Source: Gammaproteobacteria bacterium (GTDB taxonomy: Bacteria > Pseudomonadota > Gammaproteobacteria > BMS3Bbin11). Taken from it: a DNA stretch of 64,000 nt. This document shows positions 9,606 to 20,641 of this stretch, in pieces. A model generated the notes under the pieces. That model had not been told where the DNA came from. It made no database searches and was given only the letters and a program-made list of their open reading frames with translations. Position numbers and translations under genes: made by a program. Within the stretch, counting starts at the first letter, position 1; each line of letters starts with the position of its first letter. Location: the NCBI GenBank assembly GCA_013150915.1, contig JAADJE010000084.1, positions 136 through 64,135 of the forward strand. Reading direction: 5' to 3'.

Positions 9606-10511
9606 TATTTTTACATCAAGCAAAAATTCAATTAAGGCCTTCTGGGCGTGCAGGCGGTTTTCGGCTTCGTCCCAGACCGCGCTCTGTGGGCCTTCCAGTA
9701 CTTCTTTCGTTACTTCATAGCCGCGATAGGCAGGCAAACAATGCAGAAAAATAGCATCCGGCATGGCATTCTCCATTAGCTTCGCATCAACTGTAAAGCT
9801 CTCGAATACCTGCTTACGCTGCTGTTGCTCATCCTCCTGGCCCATACTTATCCAGGTATCGGTAACCACCACATCGGCATCACGAATCGCCTCTAGCGGC
9901 AGATTCGTGAGTGTTACTTTGTCTTTACAGGCCTCCAGCAAATCAGCCTCAGGCTCAAAGCCTTTTGGTACCGCAATCTTGATATTAAAGCCAAACTGCC
10001 GGGCTGCGATCATCCAGGAATGGCACATATTGTTGCCATCGCCAACATAGGCGACATCAATATCATCAAGCCTCCCCAGTCTTTCCCGCACTGTCATCAT
10101 GTCAGCCAATAACTGACAGGGGTGATTAAAATCTGTCAGGGCATTAATCACTGGCACCTTGCTGTACTCGGTAAAACGGATAATATTGCCGTGGGAACCG
10201 GTGCGTATGGCGATGATGTCCACCATGCTGGAAATCACTCTTGCCGTATCCTCTATCGGCTCACCACGACCGATTTGTGCATCGGCAGGAGACAGAAACA
10301 GGGCATTGCCACCCATTTGATTCATACCAACTTCGAAGGATACACGTGTGCGTGTAGAAGACTTATCAAACAATAGTGCCAGTGTTTTACCCTGCATGGC
10401 CTGTGATGTCTGGCCAGATTTGATCTCTTTTTTAAGTTGATCTGCACGATCCAGCAGAGACAGCAACTCATTTGGAGAAAGGTCCAGCAGGCTGATAAAG
10501 TGTCGTGTCAT
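9603..10511 (-). CDS. argF: Ornithine carbamoyltransferase
   Basis: SSTRTRVSF, HPCQ, DTWISMG, FLHCLP, AENRLHAQK. Confidence 0.96.
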   Translation of the reverse strand: MTRHFISLLDLSPNELLSLLDRADQLKKEIKSGQTSQAMQGKTLALLFDKSSTRTRVSFEVGMNQMGGNALFLSPADAQIGRGEPIEDTARVISSMVDIIAIRTGSHGNIIRFTEYSKVPVINALTDFNHPCQLLADMMTVRERLGRLDDIDVAYVGDGNNMCHSWMIAARQFGFNIKIAVPKGFEPEADLLEACKDKVTLTNLPLEAIRDADVVVTDTWISMGQEDEQQQRKQVFESFTVDAKLMENAMPDAIFLHCLPAYRGYEVTKEVLEGPQSAVWDEAENRLHAQKALIEFLLDVKI

Positions 10512-11680
10512 TGGACAAAAAACTCTTCAATAAGAGGATTCAGACGGTTCACAATCTCGCGGATATCTGCTTCATTGCAGATCAAGGGTGGCAGCAGACG
10601 GATTACATTCTCTGCCGTAACATTGATCAACAACCCCTTGTCAGCGGCCTTCATTACCAATTCCCCACAGGGACGATCCAGCTCGATGGCAAATAACAGA
10701 CCCATGCCACGAATGTCTTTAACATGAGCATTACCACTTAGCGCGTCGTTAAACAATTTCTGTAGCAACTCACCCGATCTTGCGGCCTGTTCAGCAAGAT
10801 TATCACGCTCAAGGACATTTAGGACGGCCAGAGCGGTCGCACTGGCTAATGGATTGCCACCAAAGGTAGACCCATGGTTTCCGGGCTCGAAAACATTCGC
10901 CGCCTTGCTGCCCACCACACATGCCCCTATCGGGAATCCATTGCCCAACGCTTTAGCCAGTGTCATGACGTCAGGTACGATCCCGGCATATTGATGACAG
11001 AACCATTTGCCGCTACGGCACAGACCTGTCTGTATTTCATCCAGCATCAGCAACCATCCATTTTCATCACAAATCTCACGAAGTGAAGTCAGGTAATCCT
11101 TATTCGGGACAATTATTCCGCCTTCACCCTGTACTGGTTCGACCAGTATGGCGACCACATTGGGATCATTTCTTACCGCGTCACGTACGGCATCCAGATC
11201 ATTGTAGGGGATGCGACTAAAGCCTCTTAACAGGGGCTCGAAGCCTGCCCTGACTTTGCGACTACCGGTTGCACTCAGCGTCGCCATGGTGCGGCCATGA
11301 AAACTGCCTTCACAGACCAGAATTGATGGTGTGTTTATGCCCTTTTTGTGCCCATACAGACGGGCAATTTTGATTGCTGCCTCATTGGCCTCTGCACCGG
11401 AATTTGCAAAAAAAACCTTGTCCATCCCTGTCAGCTCTGCAAGCCTCTCTGCAAGTTGTGCCTGTAACGGGACCTCATACAGATTTGAGGTATGCAACAG
11501 TATTGATGCCTGCTCACAAATCACCCTGCTGATATCCGGGTGACAATGCCCGAGCCCACATACAGCTATACCGGAAATCGCATCGAGATATTTTTTACCC
11601 TCGATGTCTTCCAGCCATACGCCCTCACCGCGTGAAAACGTCAGGGGTAACCGATTGTATGTCGACATAAGATGCTGCAT
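10508..11680 (-). CDS. argD: Acetylornithine aminotransferase
   Basis: NSGAEANE, FHGRT, DEIQTG, TLAKALG (PLP Lys), HGSTFGGNP; overlaps the argF start. Confidence 0.93.
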   Translation of the reverse strand: MQHLMSTYNRLPLTFSRGEGVWLEDIEGKKYLDAISGIAVCGLGHCHPDISRVICEQASILLHTSNLYEVPLQAQLAERLAELTGMDKVFFANSGAEANEAAIKIARLYGHKKGINTPSILVCEGSFHGRTMATLSATGSRKVRAGFEPLLRGFSRIPYNDLDAVRDAVRNDPNVVAILVEPVQGEGGIIVPNKDYLTSLREICDENGWLLMLDEIQTGLCRSGKWFCHQYAGIVPDVMTLAKALGNGFPIGACVVGSKAANVFEPGNHGSTFGGNPLASATALAVLNVLERDNLAEQAARSGELLQKLFNDALSGNAHVKDIRGMGLLFAIELDRPCGELVMKAADKGLLINVTAENVIRLLPPLICNEADIREIVNRLNPLIEEFFVQ

Positions 11681-11787
11681 GTTAGGCCCATAAAACACAA
11701 AAACGCCCTTTTTTGGGCGCGAAACAGAACCTTATATCACAATATTATCGGCTGGAAAAGAAAAAACCCGGACGTAGCCAGGAAAAA

Positions 11788-11973
11788 TCAGTAAGAAACC
11801 ATGGTACTCATGTGTGCCGTACTGCCTGCAACCATGAAAAACAACATGGGAATGGACAACAGAGTATTGGTGCGAGATGCCAGCAGCGCAACCCGCCCGG
11901 CCTTCGACTTGATTTCATCACTGGTTTCAACTATTCCCAGAACCTTTTTCTGGTTCGGCCCTATCAGTACCCA
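11788..11973 (-). pseudogene. C-terminal remnant of a urate hydroxylase PuuD-like (Urate_ox_N) membrane protein
   Basis: WVLIGPNQKKVLG...ASRTNTLLSIPMLFFM resembles the C-terminal WPNQKK...SRTNTLLSIPM of that family; no N-terminal part; overlapped by the pyrC tail. Confidence 0.65.
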
Positions 11974-12997
11974 GTCGCCAGCGCAGTATTTCACCTGCAC
12001 ACAACGGGACGATTTCTTCAGTACCTGCCTGGATTATCGTTGGCACCTGCCAGGCCTCATTTTTTAAGGTGATACGCTCCTGATTAACGGGCAAACCATA
12101 AAACTCGGGGCCATACAGGCTGGCAAAGCCCTCCAGTTTATCCAGGGCATTATTGTCTTCAAAAATCTGTGCGTACAACTCAAGCGCAACAGGAGCGGAA
12201 AAGATACCCCCGCAACCGCAGGATGATTCCTTACGGGCCCGGTCGTGTGGAGCGCTGTCTGTACCGAGAAAAAACTTGTGATTACCGCTGACGGCCACGG
12301 CGAGCAGGGCCTGACGATGTTCTTCTCTTTTTAATACCGGCAGGCAATAGTGATGAGGGCAAATTCCTTGATTGAACATTGCATTACGGTTGAGCAACAA
12401 ATGGTGCGCAGTCAACGTGGCGGCAACATTGTCTCCAGCATCTATAACGAACTCCACGCCCTGTCGTGTTGTCAGGTGTTCAAATACCACCTTTAGTCCC
12501 GGCACGGCATCCAGTAACGGCGACATCACATGCTCAATGAACACGGCCTCCCGATCAAACACATCGATCGTGGGGTCTGTCACCTCGCCATGCACCAGTA
12601 GGGGTAGCTGGTATTCCGCCATCGCCTCCAGCGTAGGCATCAGGTCGGGCAGGCTGGTCACGCCCGACGCTGAATTGGTTGTTACGCCTACCGGGTATAG
12701 TTTGAATGCATGGATATGCGGATTTTCTGCCGCGGCCTGTACCTCTGCAGGTAAGGTATGATCGGTAAGATACAGTGTCATCAGCGGTTCAAATACACAG
12801 TCAGCAGGACAGACATTGAGTATGTCCTGCCGATAAGTCATTGCCATTTCGACATTTGTTACCGGCGGAATCAGGTTTGGCATGACGATAGCACGCCTGA
12901 ATGAATTTATCGTTGCAGGCAGAACAGCCTCAAGAATTTGGCCTTCACGCAAATGCAAATGCCAGTCGTCCGGTTTAATGATACTTATAGATTTCAT
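11927..12997 (-). CDS. pyrC: Dihydroorotase (type II)
   Basis: PDDWHLHLR, VMPNL, KLYP, FLGTDSAPH. Confidence 0.96.
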   Translation of the reverse strand: MKSISIIKPDDWHLHLREGQILEAVLPATINSFRRAIVMPNLIPPVTNVEMAMTYRQDILNVCPADCVFEPLMTLYLTDHTLPAEVQAAAENPHIHAFKLYPVGVTTNSASGVTSLPDLMPTLEAMAEYQLPLLVHGEVTDPTIDVFDREAVFIEHVMSPLLDAVPGLKVVFEHLTTRQGVEFVIDAGDNVAATLTAHHLLLNRNAMFNQGICPHHYCLPVLKREEHRQALLAVAVSGNHKFFLGTDSAPHDRARKESSCGCGGIFSAPVALELYAQIFEDNNALDKLEGFASLYGPEFYGLPVNQERITLKNEAWQVPTIIQAGTEEIVPLCAGEILRWRLGTDRAEPEKGSGNS

Positions 12998-13298
12998 CAA
13001 AATAATAATTAACTCTATGAATAGATTGAATAAATAAGCTATACCATACGCCTTACAAGCTTTATTTCCCTTGACCCTGAGGGTCAAAATAACGATTATA
13101 CGCGTTTGAAATCACAAATTTATCATATTCAGGTTGTTGTACGCTCATAGGCCATGCCCGCTCGAGCAATAATGATCCCAGGGCCGCTTGTACTAACACA
13201 GCATTATCCGTTTACAGAACTCATTGCCTGACCGCAATCGCAGTTTGCAGGACACGCAGGGTCATGCACCATATAGACACCTGCATCAAGGGGAAGCA

Positions 13299-15953
13299 AT
13301 GTCGACAGAAAAAGATTCTGATCCACGCGAAACCAGAGAATGGTTGGAAGCGCTGGATTCGGTAATAGAATTTGAGGGCACCGACAGAGCACACTATCTA
13401 ATTGAGAGACTGGTCGACAAGGCACGTCGCGCCGGTGCCTATCTGCCTTTCAGTGGCAACACAGCATACGTCAATACCATTCCTGCCAATAAACAGATCC
13501 GTAAACCTGGCGATATGGCTATTGAAAATCGACTGAAATCCTATATACGCTGGAATGCCATGGCCATGGTGGTTAAAGCGAACCTTAAACCGGGTTCGGT
13601 CGGCGGGCATATCGCAAGTTTTGCCTCAGCGGCCACACTCTATGAAGTGGGTTTCTGTGATTTCTTTCACGGACATGATGCTGAAAAGGGTTGTGACCTG
13701 GTATTTTTTCAGGGCCATATTTCGCCTGGCATTTATGCCCGCGCCTATATGGAAGGGCGGATCACAGAAGAACAAATGCTTAACTTCCGCTTTGAAACTG
13801 ACGGCAAGGGCCTCTCTTCCTATCCACACCCGTGGTTAATGCGTGATTTCTGGCAGTTCCCAACGGTCTCGATGGGCCTGGGGCCGATCATGGCCATCTA
13901 CCAGGCACGCTTCATGAAATACCTGCATGACCGTGAGATGCTCGATACCGATGGTCGCAAGGTTTGGGCCTTCTGTGGTGACGGTGAAATGGATGAGCCG
14001 GAGTCCATTGGTGCAATCGGTCTTGCCGGCCGTGAAAAACTTGATGATCTGATATTTGTCATCAACTGTAATCTACAACGCCTTGATGGCCCGGTACGCG
14101 GTAACGGAAAAATTATCCAGGAACTGGAATCCCTGTTTCGGGGTGCCGGCTGGAATGTCATCAAGGTGATCTGGGGCTCGGGCTGGGATCGCCTGCTCGC
14201 ACGTGACAAGGACGGGTTGCTGTTAAAGCGCATGGAAGAAGCCGTTGATGGCGATTACCAGGCCTATAAATCCAAAGACGGTGCCTTTGTCCGCAAACAT
14301 TTCTTCGGCAAATATCCCGAACTACTGGAAATGGTCTCAGACATGACCGATGAGGACATCTGGCATCTATTGAGAGGTGGCCATGACCCACGCAAGGTTT
14401 ATGCAGCCTATCACGCTGCCGTTAACCACAAAGGCCAGCCCACTGTAATCCTCGCGAAGACAGTCAAGGGCTACGGAATGGGGACCGCCGGTGAAGCGCA
14501 AAACACCACCCATTCGCAAAAAAAAATCAACCAGGAACAGATCAGACGCTTCCGCGACCGTTTTGGCCTGCCGATATCCGATGAAGAACTGGAGCATATT
14601 CCCTTTATCAAGCCCGAGGAAGACAGCGAAGAAATGCGCTATCTCCACGAACGCCGCAAGGAGCTTGGTGGCTATCTGCCCCTGCGTAAAACAGAAGTAC
14701 CTGTGCTGGATGTGCCCGGCCTGGATGTCTTCGACGCCTTAATCAAAAGCAGTGGCGACAGAGCGCTGTCCACGACCATGGTATTCGTCCGCATGCTGTC
14801 TATCCTGATCCGCGACAAGAATCTGGGTAAACGGCTGGTGCCGATCATTCCTGATGAAGCCCGCACATTTGGTATGGAAGGACTGTTCCGTCAGCTCGGT
14901 ATCTATTCCTCTTCCGGCCAATTGTATGAACCGGAGGATCACGACAAGATTATGTGGTATCGCGAAGACACGAAAGGTCAAATTCTCCAGGAAGGCATCA
15001 ATGAGGCCGGGGCCATGTCTGACTGGATTGCCGCGGCCACGGCCTATACCAATCATGGTATCAGCATGATTCCCTTCTACATCTATTATTCGATGTTCGG
15101 CTTCCAGCGCGTTGGAGATCTGATCTGGGCCGCCGGCGACCTGCAGGCACGGGGCTTTCTACTCGGTGGAACCGCTGGTCGTACAACACTAAACGGTGAA
15201 GGTCTACAGCACCAGGACGGCCACAGCCTGCTGGCCTCCGGCGGTATACCGAACTGTATTTCCTACGATCCGACCTATGCCTATGAGCTGGCTGTCATCA
15301 TCCAGGACGGCATACGCCGCATGTATCATGAACAGGAAAATATTTTCTACTACATCACCCTGATGAATGAAAATTACACCCATCCTGATATGCCAAAGGG
15401 AGCAGAAAAGAACATCCTGCGTGGTCTGTATTTACTGAAAAAAGGCGGCCGGAAAAAAAGGCACGTACAACTGCTCGGCAGCGGCACTATCCTGCGCGAA
15501 GTGGAAGCGGCCGCTGAACTGCTGGAAAAAGACTGGGACGTTTCAGCCGATGTCTGGAGTGCTACCAGTTTTAATGAACTGCGCCGTGATATGGCTGACT
15601 GCGAACGCTGGAATCGTCTCAATCCCGGGAAGAAGGCCAGGATCTGCCATGTGGCCAAAAGCCTGTCGGAGAAAAATGGTCCGGTTATCGCCGCCACAGA
15701 CTATGTGCGTCTGTATGCCGATCAAATCCGTGCCGCTGTGCCCGGTAGCTATCGCGTACTGGGTACTGACGGCTTTGGCCGCAGCGACACCCGCGAAGCC
15801 CTGCGTGACTTTTTTGAGATCAGCAGTGCACATATCGTGGTTGCCGCGCTGCAGTCGCTGGCCGAACAGGGAGGGCTCCCCGTGAAAAAGGTCAGCGAAG
15901 CGATAAAAAATTACGGCATTGACAGTACCAAACCCAATCCTGTCACTGTTTAA
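13299..15953 (+). CDS. aceE: Pyruvate dehydrogenase E1 (homodimeric)
   Basis: DPRETREWL, GDGEMDEPES ThDP motif, YIYYSMFGFQR; SD GGGG(A) before ATG 13299. Confidence 0.97.
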   Translation: MSTEKDSDPRETREWLEALDSVIEFEGTDRAHYLIERLVDKARRAGAYLPFSGNTAYVNTIPANKQIRKPGDMAIENRLKSYIRWNAMAMVVKANLKPGSVGGHIASFASAATLYEVGFCDFFHGHDAEKGCDLVFFQGHISPGIYARAYMEGRITEEQMLNFRFETDGKGLSSYPHPWLMRDFWQFPTVSMGLGPIMAIYQARFMKYLHDREMLDTDGRKVWAFCGDGEMDEPESIGAIGLAGREKLDDLIFVINCNLQRLDGPVRGNGKIIQELESLFRGAGWNVIKVIWGSGWDRLLARDKDGLLLKRMEEAVDGDYQAYKSKDGAFVRKHFFGKYPELLEMVSDMTDEDIWHLLRGGHDPRKVYAAYHAAVNHKGQPTVILAKTVKGYGMGTAGEAQNTTHSQKKINQEQIRRFRDRFGLPISDEELEHIPFIKPEEDSEEMRYLHERRKELGGYLPLRKTEVPVLDVPGLDVFDALIKSSGDRALSTTMVFVRMLSILIRDKNLGKRLVPIIPDEARTFGMEGLFRQLGIYSSSGQLYEPEDHDKIMWYREDTKGQILQEGINEAGAMSDWIAAATAYTNHGISMIPFYIYYSMFGFQRVGDLIWAAGDLQARGFLLGGTAGRTTLNGEGLQHQDGHSLLASGGIPNCISYDPTYAYELAVIIQDGIRRMYHEQENIFYYITLMNENYTHPDMPKGAEKNILRGLYLLKKGGRKKRHVQLLGSGTILREVEAAAELLEKDWDVSADVWSATSFNELRRDMADCERWNRLNPGKKARICHVAKSLSEKNGPVIAATDYVRLYADQIRAAVPGSYRVLGTDGFGRSDTREALRDFFEISSAHIVVAALQSLAEQGGLPVKKVSEAIKNYGIDSTKPNPVTV

Positions 15954-15976
15954 GCGTAACCCACACAAAAAATATC

Positions 15977-17293
15977 ATGGCAAATATAATAGAAATACCG
16001 GTTCCGGATATTGGTGACTTCGACGAGGTCGAAGTCATAGAGATTCTGGTGAGTGCCGGTGACCGTGTCGAGGCGGAAGACTCGCTGATCTCACTGGAAA
16101 GTGATAAGGCAACAATGGAAATTCCATCACCCGTCTCCGGTGTGGTGAAAGAGGTCAAAGTCGCAATCGGCGACAAGGTTTCTCAAGGCGCTGTCATACT
16201 GCTGCTGGAAAGCAGTGAGCCAGTAGCCTCTACTGCTGATGATACGGTTGAAGAGGCAAAAATAGACGACCAAACGTCTGACATAACCGAGATATCTACT
16301 GATACACCCGCAGCGGAGGGGCCCTCTATTTCAGCAACACAAAGCGTTGATGTCGTTCCCTATGCACCGGACACCGTAGCCGGTATGGTTCGCGCTCATG
16401 CATCGCCTTCCGTGCGCCGTCTTGCCTTTGATCTCGGTGTCAACCTGAACCAGGTGAGCGGCAGTGGCCCGAAGGCCCGCATCCTGAAGGAGGATGTGCA
16501 GAACTTTGTAAAACGGGCCATGCAGCAGGGTGCTAGCACCCCATCGTCTACCGGCGGTGCTATTCCACCCATCCCCAAAGTTGATTTTGCCAAATTCGGT
16601 GACATTGAAACCCGCCCATTATCACGCATCAAGAAAATTGCCGGCAAACACCTGCATGCCTGCTGGCTGAATATCCCACATGTTACCCAGTTCGACGAAG
16701 CAGATATCACCGACCTGGAAGAATTTCGGCAAACCATGAAGGATGAGGCCGCGCACAAGGGTGTCCGGCTGACACCTTTGGTCTTCATTATGAAAGCCGT
16801 GATCTCGGCACTTAAAGAGCACCCGCAGTTCAATGCATCGCTTGACGAAACGAAAGAAAACCTGGTCATCAAAAACTATTACAATATTGGGGTAGCTGTT
16901 GATACGCCCGAGGGCTTGATGGTGCCTGTCATTCGTGATGTCGACAGTAAGGGCTATTACGAACTGGCGGAGGAGTTGATGGATATTAGCGCCCGTGCAC
17001 GTGAGGGTTCGCTAATGCCGACTGACCTACAGGGCGGCACTTTTTCAATCTCCAGCCTTGGCGGTATCGGTGGCACCAACTTCACACCGATCGTGAATGC
17101 ACCAGAAGTGGCGATACTGGGCGTGGCACGTTCACAGATGAAACCCGTGTGGAAGGGTGAAAATTTTGAACCCCGTTTGATGCTGCCACTGGCGCTTTCC
17201 TATGATCACCGAGTCATTGATGGCGCGGATGGCGCGCGCTTTATTATCTATCTGAGTAAAATACTCACGGACATTCGCAAGGTCCTCCTCTAA
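15977..17293 (+). CDS. aceF: Dihydrolipoamide acetyltransferase E2 (one lipoyl domain)
   Basis: ESDKATME lipoyl Lys, HASPSVRR E3-binding domain, DHRVIDG. Confidence 0.97.
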   Translation: MANIIEIPVPDIGDFDEVEVIEILVSAGDRVEAEDSLISLESDKATMEIPSPVSGVVKEVKVAIGDKVSQGAVILLLESSEPVASTADDTVEEAKIDDQTSDITEISTDTPAAEGPSISATQSVDVVPYAPDTVAGMVRAHASPSVRRLAFDLGVNLNQVSGSGPKARILKEDVQNFVKRAMQQGASTPSSTGGAIPPIPKVDFAKFGDIETRPLSRIKKIAGKHLHACWLNIPHVTQFDEADITDLEEFRQTMKDEAAHKGVRLTPLVFIMKAVISALKEHPQFNASLDETKENLVIKNYYNIGVAVDTPEGLMVPVIRDVDSKGYYELAEELMDISARAREGSLMPTDLQGGTFSISSLGGIGGTNFTPIVNAPEVAILGVARSQMKPVWKGENFEPRLMLPLALSYDHRVIDGADGARFIIYLSKILTDIRKVLL

Positions 17294-17420
17294 CCCGGAT
17301 ATTTCAAAAGACCGCTCAAAATTCTATCTACGAGTAAAATATAATGAGAAATATTAGTATATTAGGAAGACGCATTATGTGCCCACGATCGCTATGCAGT
17401 TTTTGGAAATGTCCGGGCTA
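17291..17420. repeat. ~130-bp element with terminal inverted repeats (MITE-like)
   Basis: TAACCCGGATATTTCAAAA vs reverse complement TAGCCCGGACATTTCCAAA; fills almost the whole aceF-lpdA spacer. Confidence 0.6.
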
Positions 17421-17431
17421 TGGAACAACAG

Positions 17432-19222
17432 ATGAGTAAACTGACTGAAGTTCGCCTGCCCGATATCGGTGATTTTGACGAGGTTGAAGTTATTGAAATA
17501 CTGGTTGCTGTCGGCGATACCGTGGAACAGGAAAACTCGTTGATCACCCTGGAAAGTGACAAAGCAACGATGGAAATCCCGTCACCTGCTGCGGGCCTGG
17601 TTAAAGAAATTCTAGTCTCGGTAGGAGATAAAATAGCCGAAGGCGCAGCTATACTGATGCTGGAAGAGCCGGTTGGCGCAGCCGCTGACTCCCCCCCGGC
17701 GACGGAAACAAAGGATTCAGCAGAAATACATCCGGTAAAACCGGCTCAGGCACAAGCCAACAGACCGGTATCCGCCTCTTCTGTACCGACTGACATTGAA
17801 AAAGGCGACAAACATGCCGAGCTGCTGATACTTGGCTCTGGTCCGGGTGGCTATACTGCCGCCTTCCGGGCAGCTGACCTCGGCAGACAGGTCATCATGA
17901 TTGAACGCCATGAGCGTATCGGCGGTGTCTGCCTGAATGTGGGCTGTATCCCCTCCAAGGCGCTTTTGCATATTGCTACGGTTATCACCGATACAGAAGA
18001 AATAGAGGACTGCGGTATCCGTTATGGTAAGCCAACGATCGACATTAAAAAAATCGTCAGTTGGAAGAACGCTGTCGTTGAACGCCTCACGGGCGGCCTG
18101 AAAATGCTTGCCAAACAGCGCAAGGTGGAAATCGTCACCGGTGAAGGAAAATTCACCTCGGCTAATCACATTACCGTCACGACTTCTGATGGCGAGCTAA
18201 ACATCTCATTTGATCACTGCATCATTGCTGCCGGCTCGAGGGTAACAAAAATTCCAGGTTTTCCACATGATGATCCACGTATGATGGATTCGACTGACGC
18301 ACTTAAACTGGAAGAGATACCCCGGCGACTGCTGGTCATCGGTGGCGGCATTATCGGCCTGGAAATGGCCACGGTCTATGATGCCCTGGGATCAAAAATT
18401 ACCGTTGTGGAAATGCAAGATGGCCTGATACTCGGTGCGGACAAAGATATTACCCGCCCACTGACAAAGCGTTTAAAGTCGCGGTATGAAAATATTTATC
18501 TGAAGACCGCTGTCACCCAGATCAAGCCCTTAAAAAAGGGGCTTAAGGTAAGCTTTGACGGAAAGGATGCCCCCAAAACCGATACATTCGACCACATCCT
18601 CGTTGCTGTCGGCCGCAATCCTAACGGCCTACTGATTCATGCCGATAAAGCGGGTATCAATGTGGATAAATTCGGTTTCATTACTGTCGATAATCAGCAG
18701 CGCACCAATGTCCCACATATCTATGCTATCGGCGACATTGTTGGCCAGCCGATGCTGGCACATAAAGCCACCCATGAAGCGAAAGTTGCCGCCGAAGTAA
18801 TCTCCGGCATAAAATCCACCTTTGATCCGATGACTATACCCTCTGTCGCCTACACCGACCCGGAAGTAGCCTGGATGGGGCTGACCGAAGCACAGGCAAA
18901 AGCCGAAGGCGTACAGGTAGAGAAGAGCACTTTCCCCTGGGCCGCCAGTGGGCGTAGCCTGTCCATCGGTCGCGACGAAGGTTTAACCAAGGTATTATTT
19001 GATAAAGAGTCTGGCAGAATTGTCGGTGCTGGAATCGTTGGAACCCATGCAGGGGAACTGATAGCAGAAGCCGTACTGGCGCTTGAGATGGGTGCGGATG
19101 CCGAAGACCTGGGGCTAACGATACATCCGCATCCAACTTTGTCCGAGACGCTTTGCTTTGCGGCGGAAATGAGGGAGGGGACGATTACGGATTTGATGTC
19201 GAAAAAGAAAGGGAAAAGTTGA
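17432..19222 (+). CDS. lpdA: Dihydrolipoamide dehydrogenase with N-terminal lipoyl domain
   Basis: ESDKATME lipoyl domain, [21 protein letters not shown]. Confidence 0.97.
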   Translation: MSKLTEVRLPDIGDFDEVEVIEILVAVGDTVEQENSLITLESDKATMEIPSPAAGLVKEILVSVGDKIAEGAAILMLEEPVGAAADSPPATETKDSAEIHPVKPAQAQANRPVSASSVPTDIEKGDKHAELLILGSGPGGYTAAFRAADLGRQVIMIERHERIGGVCLNVGCIPSKALLHIATVITDTEEIEDCGIRYGKPTIDIKKIVSWKNAVVERLTGGLKMLAKQRKVEIVTGEGKFTSANHITVTTSDGELNISFDHCIIAAGSRVTKIPGFPHDDPRMMDSTDALKLEEIPRRLLVIGGGIIGLEMATVYDALGSKITVVEMQDGLILGADKDITRPLTKRLKSRYENIYLKTAVTQIKPLKKGLKVSFDGKDAPKTDTFDHILVAVGRNPNGLLIHADKAGINVDKFGFITVDNQQRTNVPHIYAIGDIVGQPMLAHKATHEAKVAAEVISGIKSTFDPMTIPSVAYTDPEVAWMGLTEAQAKAEGVQVEKSTFPWAASGRSLSIGRDEGLTKVLFDKESGRIVGAGIVGTHAGELIAEAVLALEMGADAEDLGLTIHPHPTLSETLCFAAEMREGTITDLMSKKKGKS

Positions 19223-19331
19223 AAGTGAAAAGTGAAAAGTGAAAAGCTTAAAGTAGAAGATCAAATTCCCGTGGCCCTTAAGCTTAGGTATTAGCTTTGA
19301 GCTTTAAACTTTGAGCTTTGAGCTTTAAACT
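19221..19331. repeat. Opposed heptamer tandem arrays
   Basis: (GTGAAAA)3 GCTTAAA at 19225-19252 and GCTTTGA/GCTTTAA/ACTTTGA x5 at 19294-19328. Confidence 0.8.
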
Positions 19332-19340
19332 GATAAAAGA

Positions 19341-19366
19341 ATTCACCGCGAGATGCGCCTCCCACA
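19341..19366 (-). repeat. GTGG-type REP-like sequence
   Basis: Minus strand TGTGGGAGGCGCATCTCGCGGTGAAT resembles gammaproteobacterial GTGGGAG REPs. Confidence 0.5.
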
Positions 19367-19409
19367 TAAGTAATATACTCTGTAACAATAACCATGCACG
19401 GAAAAACCC

Positions 19410-20627
19410 ATGTCTGAAGTAAAAAAAGTTGTCCTCGCCTATTCCGGCGGTCTTGATACTTCCATTATCCTGCGCTGGTTACAGGAAGAATATCAGTGTG
19501 AGGTAGTTACCTTTACTGCCGATATCGGCCAGGGCGAAGAGCTAGAACCTGCCCGCGCCAAAGCCGAGGCCGCCAACATCAAGGAAATTTATATCGAAGA
19601 CCTGCGTGAGGAATTTGCCCGTGACTATGTCTTTCCGATGTTTCGTGCCAATGCCATTTATGAAGGGGAGTACTTACTGGGCACTTCCATAGCACGCCCG
19701 CTAATCGCTAAACGCCTGGTTGAAATCGCGCGCGAAACGGGTGCCGATGCAATTTCTCACGGTGCCACGGGAAAAGGCAATGATCAGGTGCGCTTCGAAC
19801 TGGGCGCCTATGCTCTGATGCCGGATGTGAAAATTATTGCGCCATGGCGTGAATGGGCACTTGTGTCACGTGACAAATTGATGAAGTATGCCGATGAGAA
19901 GGGTATTGCGGTGGAAAAAAAGCGCGGCACCAAATCCCCATACTCGATGGATGCAAATCTGCTACACATCTCCTATGAAGGCAACATCCTGGAAGACCCG
20001 TGGAATCAGCCGGAAGACGATATGTGGCTGTGGACGGTGTCTCCAGAACAGGCACCGGACAACCCACTCTACATCGAACTCGAATTTAACAACGGCGATA
20101 TCATCGCTGTCGATGGAAAAGCCATGTCACCCGCCGGCGTAATGGAATACCTGAACAAGATCGGTGGTGAAAATGGTATCGGTCGTGATGATATCGTTGA
20201 AAACCGCTATGTCGGTATGAAAGCCCGTGGGTGCTATGAAACCCCTGCCGGAACGATCATGCTAAAAGCCCATCGCGCAATGGAGTCCCTGACACTGGAT
20301 CGCGAAGTCATGCACCTGAAAGACGAGCTGATGCCACGCTATGCCAAACTGATCTATAACGGTTACTGGTGGAGTCCGGAGCGGGAAATGCTACAGACCA
20401 TGATTGATCAATCTCAACAAAACGTAACCGGGAACGTAAGGCTGAAGCTCTATAAAGGAAGCATAATGGTTGCAGGAAGAAAATCGGAAACCAACAGTCT
20501 GTTTGACAAGAGTATCGCTACCTTTGAGGATGACGCAGGGGCCTACAATCAGGCAGATGCGACCGGATTTATTCGTCTTAATGCCTTACGCCTGCGGATT
20601 GCTGCAAGCAGGAAAGCCCTCAAGTAG
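19410..20627 (+). CDS. argG: Argininosuccinate synthase
   Basis: [31 protein letters not shown]. Confidence 0.98.
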   Translation: MSEVKKVVLAYSGGLDTSIILRWLQEEYQCEVVTFTADIGQGEELEPARAKAEAANIKEIYIEDLREEFARDYVFPMFRANAIYEGEYLLGTSIARPLIAKRLVEIARETGADAISHGATGKGNDQVRFELGAYALMPDVKIIAPWREWALVSRDKLMKYADEKGIAVEKKRGTKSPYSMDANLLHISYEGNILEDPWNQPEDDMWLWTVSPEQAPDNPLYIELEFNNGDIIAVDGKAMSPAGVMEYLNKIGGENGIGRDDIVENRYVGMKARGCYETPAGTIMLKAHRAMESLTLDREVMHLKDELMPRYAKLIYNGYWWSPEREMLQTMIDQSQQNVTGNVRLKLYKGSIMVAGRKSETNSLFDKSIATFEDDAGAYNQADATGFIRLNALRLRIAASRKALK

Positions 20628-20641
20628 GAGGGTCTCTAACG

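Noticed and set aside
19221-19331. Possible CRISPR array
   Set aside because: 7-nt tandem units without unique spacers and no cas genes
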